64,000 bases of DNA from Monocercomonoides exilis PA203 (GCA_001643675.2 LSRY02000014.1:744001-808000); one strand, 5' to 3'. Shown: positions 1 to 12,255, numbered from the stretch's first letter. Notes: a model not told the origin generated them from the letters alone. A program made the numbers and translations.

Positions 1-413
1 TTGTTGTCTTTCGCTTTTTTTTTAGATAAGAAAAATGCGTTTTTTAATATATATGAAAAACAATATGGGTAATTTTATGTGATAATGAAAAAAGTCAACA
101 AACAGTTTAATTATATTGCTATGATATTGACAATTCTGTTATAATTAAAAGTGTTGAAGAAATTTTTTTGCATATTTTTTGTTGTCGAAATTAAGTTTTC
201 TTTTCGCAATTTTCGAATGTTAAAGAAATATTTTCAATATTTTTCAAAGTTAAAATAAGAGTATTATCTTTGAGTTTTAGATGCAAGCCTTCAATGTTAA
301 ATATTATCCCTTCAAAAACAATCAAATAATAACCAAGAATATCAAATGCGAAATGTGAAATGTTTTATTCTTTTTTAAAAAGCATAAATAATGTGAAAAA
401 GTCATTTATTTAA

Positions 414-3087
414 TCAGCCTCTTTTTTGTTGTAATGTAATTAATCTATCATGTTCAGCCTCCAGCAACGCTTTTAATCTTGCTTTATCGGCTTTGACTTC
501 ACTTAGCTCTTCTTCAACATTTCTTTTATCTTGCTCTGAAATTGAAATTTTCTCTTTGAGTTCATGGATCCTTCCCATTAACGTGTCTTGCAGCATTGAC
601 TTGCTCTGCTTTATGGATTCTATTTGTCCCATCAATTGCCCAAATTGTGATTCTGCTTTTTCTTCTGCAGCAACGGCTTGTGCACACCTCTGTGCCATTT
701 CAGCTATCTGAGACTTTAAGGAAGTTATCTCAGCGTTATAAGCATCTTCTTTATTACGCAATTGCTTTTGAATTGTTCAAAAGTTGACATAATTTAACAA
801 TTTAAATTATGTTTTTAAATTAATAAACATCGAAACATGATTCAATTGTTTCAAGAAGAATAAATCATTTCTTATTTAGAAAACAAAGTCAGCAAGCAAA
901 TGTTATTGCAAACCTGGATCGTTGCGTTCAATTCATTGATTTCGCTTTGGCGTTTTTGTTCTTCTTTTGAAGCATTGGTAAGTTGATTTTTCAGCTATGA
1001 AGCATCAATATTTTGAAAAAGTTTATAAAATTATCATTATTCAAAAAAAATGATCTCTCAATTAATTCAAACGTTTTCTTCAATGCTTTTCTGTTTTTCT
1101 TCATATCTTTCTTTGTCGTTGTCCTGAATGTTTTGGAGGCGCTTCAATTCAAGTACTTCTTCTGCTAATGCCCTGTTCTGCTTCCATTAGCGTTTTAATA
1201 TTTGTGATAAAATCATGTGAATATATTAGTAAATAATAACTGATGAAGCACACTTGCTCTTGCGATTTTTTCAGCTTGCTCGTAACTTCTTCCAACTCAT
1301 TTTCAAATTGCTCTTTAAGAGATTGCATTTGCACTTCGCTCGATTCGTTCTATTCAAATATTGAATATTAAAAATTAACAAATGAAAAAGAGTTGATAAG
1401 AAATAAATTAATAAACAAGAATTAAACAATCATTTCAAAACATCGATGATCGTGTTAATTTAATTTCAAAAAATAAAGCAAATGCGAAACTCACTCAAAT
1501 TTTCAGAAACAGAATTTTTATTGCATACCCGGAGCAAAATCCGATCAAGTTCTTTTTTCATCTTCTCTCGTTCACGATCTGCGTCTTTCATCTCCCTTTC
1601 CATTATGCTAAGTTGCTCTGTGGCATTTTCCCGTTCCTCACTTAAATGTTCAACAGCATTCTGTAACTGTGCAATTTTTGTGGAGGAGGATTCTTGAAGT
1701 GATTCAAGCTCAGTTGTGAGTTGCTTTTCCTGCAAGCGTTCAGAAATTCATTGAAGTTGTTCATGAAAATGTTATTTGCAAATGTGCAATAACAATATTT
1801 TCAGAATCGTCAAAAAATGCATGCGTGCATGCATTTATTTTCAAGAAGAAAAGAAAAAATGCGAATATCTCAATGAAAATAATATAATACGTTTTGGTGA
1901 AGCTCTTTTACCACTGCCATTGAACCAGAATATTTCTTTGTAATTTTTTCAAGATCGCTTTTTGTTGTTTTCAGTTCTTCTCTCAGATCGTTTAACTAAG
2001 TCGGGAAATCAGATGAGTTGTTTAAATAAAAATACTTTTCAAACTTCTATTTCTGATGCTCGGAACTTTTCGTCTAAAAAATTTTTGTCTTCTTCTGTTT
2101 TCTCCAATAAATTTGTTGCCTCTCGCAAGTCTTGTTGTAACATTCTGTTTTATATTATTGTTTAATAATGATGTTAAAAAATTGATGACAAACTTCAATT
2201 TCGATGTTTTGTCTTCTAAAGCTTCAGCCAATTTTCTATTTTCCTCTTCTCTTCTTGACACTTGAAATTGAAGACTTTTCTGCAAAAATAATTATAAATA
2301 TAAAGAAAAAATGATTTTTGGAAAAAAGTTTTCAAACCCTGTAATCATCAACATCATCAAAGCCAGACTTTTTCGCGTTCATTAACATCGCATTTTGAAG
2401 TGCAGTTATAGTTGTGCTCGATTCGTCGAGTTCATCGTGTAGTTGGTCTATTTCATCACGGAGTTGCGTCCTTTCTTCCTGGTGATGCAAATGATAAATA
2501 TGAAAGAGTGAATATTGCGAAAGGTTGAAAGCAACTCTTCGTGTCATATAAAAAAATACTTTCATTTCTTGAATTTTTCCAACAAGCTTTTGAATCTTAT
2601 CTGCTACGCCTTTGCCTTCCACTGTAACAACCATCTTTGATTGAAGTTTTCGAATTGTGGATTGTTGTTGAGTCGTTGTTTCTTCAAGTTGATGGCGAAC
2701 TAAGTATTCGTTTTGAATCTTATCAATCAGAGTCAATTTGAATTTGCAAATATAATATAGTAATAAACCTGTCGTGTAAGTGATTCAATTTGTTTTGACA
2801 TTGATTCGACTTCCTTTTTTAAACGTTGATTGTCTTCTGAATGTCTAATAAACTAAATTCAAAGAAATAAATTTCGTAAGTTGAAGAATAAATGATGTGA
2901 TTGGATAAAAGTTTTGTAAATGTTGAGAATGCATATCCAATATATTTAGAAATGCATCACATGAAAATAAAAATATTCAGAAAAGTTTGCAGACATTTGC
3001 CTTTTCTTTCTCATATTGAGAAGAAAGGATTTCAAATTTCTTGATCACGTCTAGAGTTTTTGAATCTGGACGTTGCCTAAAGGCCAT
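414..3087 (-). CDS. Multi-exon coiled-coil protein of unknown function (about 12 exons)
   Basis: ATG at 3087 (MAFRQRPDSKTLDVIKKFE). The E/K/Q/L-rich heptad exons (ORF track 2332-2736, 2022-2285, 1466-1735, 1149-1334, 414-761) can be joined through GT..AG introns. Stop TGA at 414-416. Confidence 0.7.
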
Positions 3088-3213
3088 GAAATTAATACTT
3101 ATTCCTTTGAACAGAAATTTAATATGGTTTTCGAAAATAATAAATTCAAATTTTCTGTTAATGAAATGGAAAAAAATTGAATTGGTGAGATGATTTATTT
3201 GTGCAAAGAAAAT

Positions 3214-4379
3214 TTATTCATCTTCTTCGACTTCAAAATGCTCTCTTGTTGTTAGCCAGTTTTTATAATTATTCATTATTTCTTGAAGCTCAGCATTGCT
3301 AACATAATCCATACAAATATTTTCATCTTTTCGTTTTGCTTCATCCTTTGTAATAATCATTATTTCAATTTTTTCGTTCAGATCTTCAAAGGAGTCAACG
3401 CAATCGCTTCCAATTAGAGATTTCAAAACAACAAGAACAGCCCATTCAAGAGACTTTGTGATGACATGCTTCGATTGTGAAATGGAAGATGAAGCATAAT
3501 TTGACGATACAATCTGCGCAGATTGTGACGAAACAGAAGTTGAGTCAACTGCCATTGAAGAAGAAGTATTATCACTTTGAAGATCTGAATCCGTTTGCAA
3601 ATCATGAATTTCTGGTTCAACAGGAATCCATTTTCTTTGCCCCTCTTCAATATCTTTCCAGCCCTTTTTCAAATAATTAATAATATCTTCACTCTTTTCT
3701 CCAATTGCAGTCCCTTTCCATCCTCCATAGCTTCCAGAAGGAACTGTCTGATAAAGCTGAAAACCAAAATGATCGTCCCACCCAGCAAATAAAAGAGAAA
3801 CTCCAAATGGGCGCAACCCTCCAAATTGCGTAAAACTTTGTTTCAGATCACAAACTTCAAGAACTAGATTTTCAATTGGCATTTCTTCATCAAATACCAT
3901 CGAATGCTCCAAAGAAATGTCACGGGCATATTCGATAAGAGTTGAAGAATCGGAAGTTATTCCTTTATTAAAAAAAAAGTTTGTTGAATAAGTCATCAAC
4001 TTAAATAAGAAAAATTGTTAAAACCTGCAACTGCACATACAGTCCGTGAATTAATTTTAAAAATCTTTTCATGTGTAACTTCCAGAAGTGGATGAGTCGC
4101 AAGTTTAATCCCAGCTATAACGATTCCATCGTTTGTTCGAATAGCAACTGCAGCTCCAGATCTGCAAATTGCTTCCATTGCATATTCGGTCTGATGTAAT
4201 CGCCCTTGTAATAAATATTGTCATAAATATTAATTATTGAATAAAGAATCAGTAAATAACGCTTTCAAACCTTCTGGAGAAAATATAGTAGTTTGCGAAT
4301 CATATCTTCGTGCCTAATAAATAAAAATTTTTAATTTATGTGTCAGATTCCTAAAATAAGCCAAATACAATCAAACCAT
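3214..4379 (-). CDS. PSMA4: 20S proteasome subunit alpha type-4 (alpha3/Pre9), divergent, with Ser-rich insertion
   Basis: Spliced N-terminus M|ARRYDSQTTIFSPE|GRLHQTEYAMEAI, then GGLRPFGVSLLFAGWDDHFGFQLYQ and SGSYGGWKGTAIG, all matching alpha3. The first coding exon is just the ATG (4377-4379), followed by a GTTTGA donor. Confidence 0.9.
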
Positions 4380-4403
4380 TTCAAACAGCAAATGATTGTG
4401 GTC

Positions 4404-4411
4404 TTGATCAA
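4404..4411. promoter_or_regulatory. TTGATCAA palindrome in an 86-bp bidirectional intergenic region (candidate core promoter element)
   Basis: The same core recurs near many other start codons in this window (see findings). Function is inferred from position only. Confidence 0.4.
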
Positions 4412-4465
4412 TAACCCCTTTAGCACATAATTTTCTGAATCCATTTTTGTTATCATTAATTTTAC

Positions 4466-5396
4466 ATGTCAGGTATAAGGCAATATAAGATAATATTTTT
4501 GGGTGACCAAGGAGTTGGAAAAACAAGCCTTATTGCCCGATTTATGTACGATTCTTTTGATCTAAATTACCAGGTTTCTGTTGTATTTCTTTGTTTTTGT
4601 TTTATTTGTTTTTAGCCAACAGTTGGAATTGATTTTTTGTCAAAAAGTGTTGCAGTTGATGGGCGTGCAATGAAATTACATCTTTGGGATACAGCAGGTT
4701 GTAGATTTTGGAAAAAACTTAAAGAAATTTGATCTTTTAATTTTCAGGACAAGAAAGGTTTAAAGCTCTAATTCCAAGTTATCTTCGTGACACATCTGCA
4801 GCAATTGTATTATACGACATTACCCGTTTGTATAAATTAAATTATATTTATTTTATCAAGAGAGACTGAACAATGTTTAGGAAGGCCAAGCTTTGATAAT
4901 GTTGAAAGTTGGATTGATCAAGTCAGAAATGAAAGAGGAGAAAATGCATTAATATACATTGTTGGAGCAAAAACTGATTTATCTTCTCAGAGGTGTGAAA
5001 TTGACATCATTTTTTGATTTTTGATGAAAAATTTTTGTGCGTCAAAAAAATACTTTTTTATACAGGGCTGTTACAACAAATGAAGGTGAAGAATTTGCAA
5101 GAAAACTTCAATGTCAATTTTATGAAGTTAGTTCTAGAACAGGAGAAGGAGTTGATGTATGTTATTTATTAATTATGTTTTTTCAAATTTTTGTTTTCTT
5201 CATGACTTTGTTTTAGGAATTATTCAGAGTAGTTTCGGCATCATTGGTAAGAAAAACTACAACCGAATCCGTGAAATCACGGACGGAACCTCCAACATCA
5301 GCAACTTCGCATCTTCAACCTGCTGATCCAGTGGACGTTTCTGCAAATCAGTCAACAAAAGCTGGAAAGTCTGGAAAGAATTGCGGCTGCATGTAA
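4466..5396 (+). CDS. RAB6: Rab6-like small GTPase (6 exons; missed by the ORF track)
   Basis: Spliced protein [36 protein letters not shown]|[10 protein letters not shown]...LWDTA|[15 protein letters not shown]...RNERGEN...GAKTDL...[21 protein letters not shown] and LIPSY are Rab6-type signatures. Five GT..AG introns. Confidence 0.9.
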
Positions 5397-6010
5397 ATTA
5401 TAATTTTTTTTTCATTAATTCTTTTTGCTTCAACAATTAATTAAACAAAGTTATAAATGAATTATCATAAGTTTTTTGTATTAAAAAATCTTGTTAACTT
5501 TTTGAGGCTTAAATCTTTGACAATCTGAAACAAACTTCATTCATCTTTTCAAGTTTATCATTTTATCATAATATAAAGTCACAGTTTTGGTTTATCGTTC
5601 GAAATCTCTCTTTAATTTTTGAATGTCAAAGCACAGTTCATCAATGTTCTTGTTAATGTTTTATTTTTCTTCGAAAATGATGAAAATATAATTAAGTCGT
5701 GAAGTCAAATTTTTAATCATTATTTATTAAACAGCATTTTCAGAGCCTTAAAACTGAGTATTTTCTAAAATATTTTTCTGCTTTAGAAAATATATTAATA
5801 TAGAAATGAAGATTTTATGAATATGATTGAAGTTTCTATTTTGATTTTTTTTTCAATTTTTCCCATTGAATAACAAAGATCTTTTGTGAATAAAATTTTT
5901 ATTAGCATTACCAAACATCAATGTATTTCGCGATATGATTAAATTAACAAATTTTAATTTATTGGGCAAAAAATACAACTAAAAAAAACACAAATTTATC
6001 GATTTTTCAC

Positions 6011-6383
6011 TAAATACCGGACATCGCACAAAATACTGGACAAGATCGATTTCTCAACAACTGCAAAAGGAATAATTCTGACAATTTTCCTCATAATATA
6101 TCTCATTAATAAGAACTCGTTAGATATTAAAAAACTTTCAAAACAGCCTCATTTGTGCTCGGAAAAAATAAATGATTAAGATCTCTTTGAAACCAAAAAT
6201 ACTATTTTTCCGAAAATTTTTTATTTTTTTTTCAGTATTCAGTCAACACGAATATGATAGTCAAGCATATCAAATGAGTTGGTGTGGATAAGATCCATGA
6301 AGAGGAAAATTATCAGAATTTCTTCTCTTACAGTTATCGAGAAAACGATCTTGTCCCGGATTTTGGGCAATGTCCGATATTTA
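6011..6383. mobile_element. Non-autonomous foldback/MITE-like element with long imperfect inverted arms
   Basis: 6011-6055 TAAATACCGGACATCGCACAAAATACTGGACAAGATCGATTTCTC matches the reverse complement of 6339-6383 at 39/45. Similarity continues inward (AATTCTGA[C/T]AATTTTCCTC; AACTC.TT.GATAT) for ~115 bp per arm. No ORF. Confidence 0.65.
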
Positions 6384-7189
6384 ATTCACTATCTATAATT
6401 AAAAGGTTTTTTTTTAACAATATAATTTTTTCGAAAAATTGAAAACTTTGCAAAAAACCTTAAAAACAAATATTTGAGATCAAAGAAAGACATTTGCTTC
6501 TTGAAATTTTCGGTTATATCGAAATTTTTTTGTAAAGTCGCAGATTTTTATTTTCAAATAAATAAAAAATTTCATATTGAAAAGATATTTTTATCTGCGA
6601 ACACCAACCTTTCACTTTAATGGAATCTTTTTCTGCATAATGTTATTTCAAACATTTTTAAAAAAAGATTCGTGAGTGGAAACAGAAATTTGAGCAAAAT
6701 CCGAAATTATTGTTTTATCAGAAAATTAAATAAAAGGAACTTTTCAAAAAAATAAAGATATATATGGATGATTATTTTTGAAATCATATAATTTCATTCA
6801 AAAACTTCGGTTCAAAAATATCTCTTGAATAATAATAAAAGAACACTGAAGAGTGAAAAGGCTTATTCAAATCATTTTTATCTTTTGTTTAATCATAACA
6901 TTTGTATATGAAAATAATTATCATGCTTTTTCTCTTTTGAATAAGAATTTTCTTACAAAAAACAGACATTCTTTGAAAAATCAACATCCCGAAAAAAAAA
7001 ATGATTTCAAAAATAACCACCTATATTTTTTCAAGTGTTCTTTTCCAAAGATTCAACATGAAATTATAAACAAAAATTTAAAATTGAGGAAATGTGATTC
7101 CAAAAATAATCATTCATGTCAAAGAAATGAAACTTCTATTTCGATGGAATTGACGAAACTCATTTGACACAGCTCTGAAAAACCTGTTA

Positions 7190-9692
7190 CCATCGTTAAA
7201 AAACCCGGGAATTTTTCAAAAACCCGGAGAAGCCTTTTTTTTTATTTGCATTCAAACTTATTCAAAACAAGTATTCCTCTATGATTTCCGCAATATAAAC
7301 CAATATAAAAGCAGGTATGATTCATACGTCAATTGAAATCATATATGTTCTTTCAATATTTATTGAGTTATATGTTTTAATCATAGAAGAAATTCTAACT
7401 GCTTTTTGGCTTTGTGCAATCGAAAGTTAGAATTTGTTGTTTGTTTCTAATATTTCCATGCAACTTGTGTTTGTTCGCAAATAAACTTGCTTATATTCAA
7501 AACTCCAAACCTCAAACATTAATACGAATTAATAAACTTCAATTATTTCTATTTTATTAGACTTTTCTGAAATGAGAAAACAATTGTTATATGAATAACG
7601 AATAAAAAAAGATATTCTTTATGATAAATGCACTTTTCAAGGATATGATTAAGTTGCATTTGTTTGTCGTTCAAGCCAATGAACAATTGTCTGAAGAATT
7701 TTTGTTATATCTTCGATATCTTTCTTTGATTATATGCGTCGTCGTCATATTCGATCCTCATGCATTTTCTTTTCCATTTCATTTTGTCGCTATTTCTCCT
7801 GCAACTTTTTCCTTTTCTTTTCTCCATTTTCTCTTCTTTCTTTTCTTTTCTTTTCAAATCCAATAAATCTTCTCTCTATTGTTTCTTTTTTTCTTTTCGA
7901 AGAATGGAAGCACAGTTTATTTCTTTCATCTTTTGAATAGATTCATTTTCACAATATCTTTTTTTTTCATCTTCAATTTTCTTTTTCTTTGGAGAAAACT
8001 TTCCAAACAGCTGCTCTTTATTCTCATTGTCATTCAATGATGCTTCCTTTTCAGGTGTTCCACTTATTCTTTCAAGAACCGGAGCAGCTTTGACCGGCCA
8101 AACACACGTCTGTCTGAATGCATGCTTTATATTTGAAGGTGCTACCGCAGCAGAAAGAGCTTCTGGAATAATATCGAAGATGGCTGAGCGAAACGCTGCA
8201 GAAGAATGATCAGTTGGAGCTTTGAAGCTATTATTATATGTTTTTTTGAATCGTGCAAAAATTGAATTATCGCACGGTTGTGGATGATGAGTTAAATTCG
8301 GAGGAAACTTTTTTATGATGATGTTTTTCTTTTTTGCATCCATTTCAACAGCTTCACTGTTGTGAGAAAAATAGTTATCCATCAGGAACAATGCAAATTT
8401 CATTCCTCCATCTTTCATCTTTTTTTCAATATTATCAAGCCAATAATCAAGCATAATTTTTTCGAAGATTTTTGAAGTGATCCATCCTGAAGATGCGAAG
8501 ATATAATTTATGTTAACCGATGAAAGCATACGAAATTCCACTGGAATTTTTTTCGCAGGCCAAAGAAGAAAAGATGACAAACATGAGCCATCTGCGCAGG
8601 CACATAAGCACAATGTTGTGTCAGAAGTCTTTTTCGGAGAAGGAGTCGAAGGAGGTTTCTGGTTTTGAAGACATACCACAAGTTTGCAAGAATCCTCACC
8701 CAGATGAAGTGAAGTTTCATCAAAATTAAAGATACCTGATGGAACTATTTCTTTCTCATTCACAATCTGCGAAAGTTCATCAAACCACTTTCTGACGGAA
8801 TCAGAAGATTGGGAATATATTTTTGCAGTGTCCATTTGCTTTGAAACAGCTGACTTCAATATAGAACTTTTTTGAATAACATAGTATGCGGCTGTTAAAC
8901 TTGGTATTTTTTTCGCTTCTTCGTCTTTTGAGGATTGTTCCAAATGCTCCACAATCAGAAAATATTTGAAAAAATTAATCACAAAAATAAAAAATGAACA
9001 AAAACCATTTTGTGCACGTCTTTAACTCTTATTGTTTCACCTTTTGAGAGAAGCACAATGACTTGGTTCTCAATTTTTTCTATTAAATCTGGTGTGATTA
9101 TTGGTGATCTTCCGTTCACTCCCGCCTGCCTTTTCTGCTTCTCTGCCGCTATTCCTCTGTACCATGAGCCATTTGATATCGTGCCAGAATCAACATCCAC
9201 TTTTCTTGTAATAATATGATCCTTCTGCAGTTCAAATATTTTTTGGGATGTTGTTTTTAACCTTCTTATTTCGGAGGTTGCCAACTTTTTCCTTAGTTCT
9301 GGTAATGACAATTCTTTTGTAATAGACATTAATATGGGTTTGATTTTTGATCGATTTTGAATGAAAGAGAGTATTAATTATGATTAAAAGTGAAGGTCTC
9401 AAAAAAAGGAAACATCAAAGTGTCAAAAAATTGTGAAAATGAAAAATATGATAATTGGAGAATGCTTATTTCAATCACTTTTTGAGAAATGAATATATTT
9501 CAAAAATTGTATTTTTTTACGATGTATATTCAATAACAATGAAATGTGATTTGTTTTTTTTGATTATGGATATATGACAATATACAACGAGAAATAATGC
9601 AATCATTGATAATGCTTTTTGACATGATAATCGTGAACTGTTTTTTCATGAAGTCCGGGTTTTTGAAAAATTCCCGGGTTTTTTAACGATGG
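7190..9692 (-). mobile_element. pogo/Fot1-like (Tc1/mariner superfamily) DNA transposon, 2,503 bp
   Basis: Perfect 39-bp TIRs CCATCGTTAAAAAACCCGGGAATTTTTCAAAAACCCGGA at 7190-7228 and (reverse complement) 9654-9692, flanked by TA at 7188-7189 and 9693-9694. Encloses a DDE_1-type transposase. Confidence 0.93.
7876..9329 (-). CDS. DDE_1 (pogo-type, DD35D) transposase, two exons
   Basis: Catalytic motifs FNFDETSL, LMDNYFSH and PPNLTHHPQPCD, with 35 residues between the 2nd and 3rd Asp. The N-terminal exon (ORF 8979-9329) ends at ...VHKM|GTTTTTG and joins exon 2 in phase 0. Confidence 0.85.
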
Positions 9693-10033
9693 TAATAGTT
9701 TACACTGTTGCTCTATGTCTGTTTATCTTCAAAAAAATGAGAAATAACTAATTCTGCAACGTAACTTCATTATTGACATTCAAATTTAAAAATTTTTGAA
9801 AATTTAATAGCTTTTTAAATTGTAGAAAAGATGAGTGATTAATGATTTTATTCTCAATGAAAAATAGGACAAAATAAATTCATAACTTTTTAATAAAACA
9901 CACAAAATTATTAAAGTTGCTGAAAAAAAAGTTAAAAAAAATGATTGTTGATAGCAAGAAAGAATCAAATTTCCTGCAAATGTGATATTATTATCTAAGG
10001 GTTGTAAATGAAGTGATTATGTTATCTCTTTAT

Positions 10034-12221
10034 TCACATTTTTGAATTTCGTGAATGATAATGGCTTGGAACAGATAACTCAAATAGTTCTTCAATTAAA
10101 TCAGCTATCTCAGTGCATTCTTGATCTAATTCTTGTTTTTCTCTATCAAACCTTTGATTCTCTTCTTCATTTTTCTTATCATCTTGTTTCGAAATCCCAT
10201 CTCTTTTAGAACTTTCACTGCTTTTTGCTCCTGATCTGTGTTGTTCTTTTAACTTTATGTTTCTGCGCTCTTTCTCCGCTTCCTTTGCCCATTTTGCAGA
10301 AGCAGTTGATTTAGATATCCCACCTCGTTGTGCTTCTTTGACATCCACCAGAAGTCCGTGATACGAAGTCGCAGAAAGCATCCCCCGTAGAGAATGCAAC
10401 ACTCTTTCAACTCTCTATTAAATAGACAAGACCATTCAAAAATTAGTTCATTGAAAATTGAAATATGCAATTTTTTCAATTTAAAATACAAAAAATAAAG
10501 AAAAAAAAATTTCCCCACATCATGAGAGAATTTAATGTGCAATGTTCAATTAAGTGAGATATTATTCAGACCTTTTCGTGCGTATTTAATTCATTTTTAG
10601 TAAATTGGTGCTGACGATGGTGGCTGTGCTTGCTAAGGCTATCACTCTGATGCAAGTGGCGATGATGTGAACGAGGATAATATGTACTCGATGGAGCTCT
10701 TAATGGTTCATCATGACTCTGTTTTGATTGCGCTGCAGTAGAAGTCATTGGTTCAGATGGAGAGAATGATAGTGGTGATGCAATTGCAGATGCAGATGAA
10801 TTGGAAGGATTCGATATTGCAGAGGGATTAGAATACGTGAATGGAGGCGTTGAAGACGAGGGCGGTGAAAATGAAGAATTTGTTGGAATAGGAGATGAAA
10901 TGGATGAAAACGGCATATGAGATGAAGGACGAGGTTTGTCTGATAAATCTGACACAGCTGCAGGAACAGGAGGCGCAGATTGTACCAAGCTTGAGGTTTG
11001 ATTAGCTGTTCCAACTGCTCTATAAGGAGAAGGTGCAGAAGAAGAGGTAATGTGGGCTGATGAATGAGGAAGGGGAGGAGCAGAATGAGGAGGTGATTGA
11101 GCAGCAGACACCGAAGCACTTGAAAGAGGCAATGCTTTACCAGAAGAAACCATAACAGTTGACTGAGGTTGAAATGTTGTAGTCGGCACGGAAATAGAAG
11201 GATTACCGTCCGAACGCGAGCCAAATGCAGGCATGCTATCAGATGGGAGAATGTTATTTGAAGGTGTTGTTAAAGAAGAATGCGAATATTGCATAGTTGC
11301 AATATTTGAAGATCTACCAGCTGGCTTTAATGTCGAAGGAGAATTGAGTTTAACGCTGTATTGAATTGAAGGCTGAGGAACAAGATGAGGAGCAGAAATG
11401 GCTGGGTGATGCGATATTGCTTGTGGAGCACGAACTGCTTCCTGATCATTCTGCTTTTCAGCCTCATCAGAATACGATTCAATAGATTCATGAGAATCAG
11501 TCTCAGAGTTTGAAGCACTAGATGATGATGAATGCTCAGATCTTTCTTGCTCTTTTGATGAGGAGGAATTCGAGAGACTTGATTCTTGACTGAGAATCGA
11601 TGACGAGTCTTCTTCAAGCTCTTCATTGTTATCTTCCATTATTCTTTTTTCTCCTTTAATTACGATTTTTTCCGGTTTCATTTCTTGGGATTTCTCTTGA
11701 TTTTTTTCATTATTTTTTTTGTTCGAATCTATTTGCGATGCCTTTTGAGCTTGCAAAGAATTTTGTGATCTTCTTGAAGAAGAAGAACGCAATGAATCTT
11801 TTTCTCGAATGTGGGTTGAAGGTTTTAAGTGTTCATGAATTTGCTGACTATTTTTTTCATCAAGCTCGTTAGCATCAATGAATTCCGTTTTTTCAGTTGC
11901 ATATGACTCCTTTTGTATTTTTTCAATTAGGCTATCTCGAAATTCTTCCAAACGCTTGATCTTCCGATTTTGCCTTCCATTCTCTTTTTGAAACGATTCA
12001 ATTTTTTCCTTAAGCTCCGAATTTTCTTGTCTCAGAAATTGATTTTCTGTTTTCAATTCATTTATCTGTTATTTGCACAAAATATATTTGAAAAGTTCTT
12101 CAATTAAATAATAATTTTAAACTGTCAACGAAAATTGTTCCAATAGATCTGAAAGATTAGAGTGAAAAGTTTTTTTGAAATCGTCCACAACTTCATTTAT
12201 CTTGATATAATCTGTTATCAT
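10034..12221 (-). CDS. Coiled-coil + Ser/Pro-rich linker + helical C-terminal domain; resembles the At4g15545/NAIP-like family
   Basis: Three exons (ATG 12221; ORFs 10566-12056 and 10034-10402). NRKIKRLEEFRDSLIEKIQ and RVLHSLRGMLSATSYHGLLVDVKEAQ recall the coiled-coil end and the C-terminal PAH-like domain of that family. Family assignment is from memory only. Confidence 0.5.
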
Positions 12222-12255
12222 TAAAATTGTGATAGACAATAAATTAAATATGGAA

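Noticed and set aside
6853-7167. 104-aa ORF beside the transposon
   Set aside because: GTG start, AT-rich N/K/F/I composition typical of intergenic DNA, and it lies outside the TIR.
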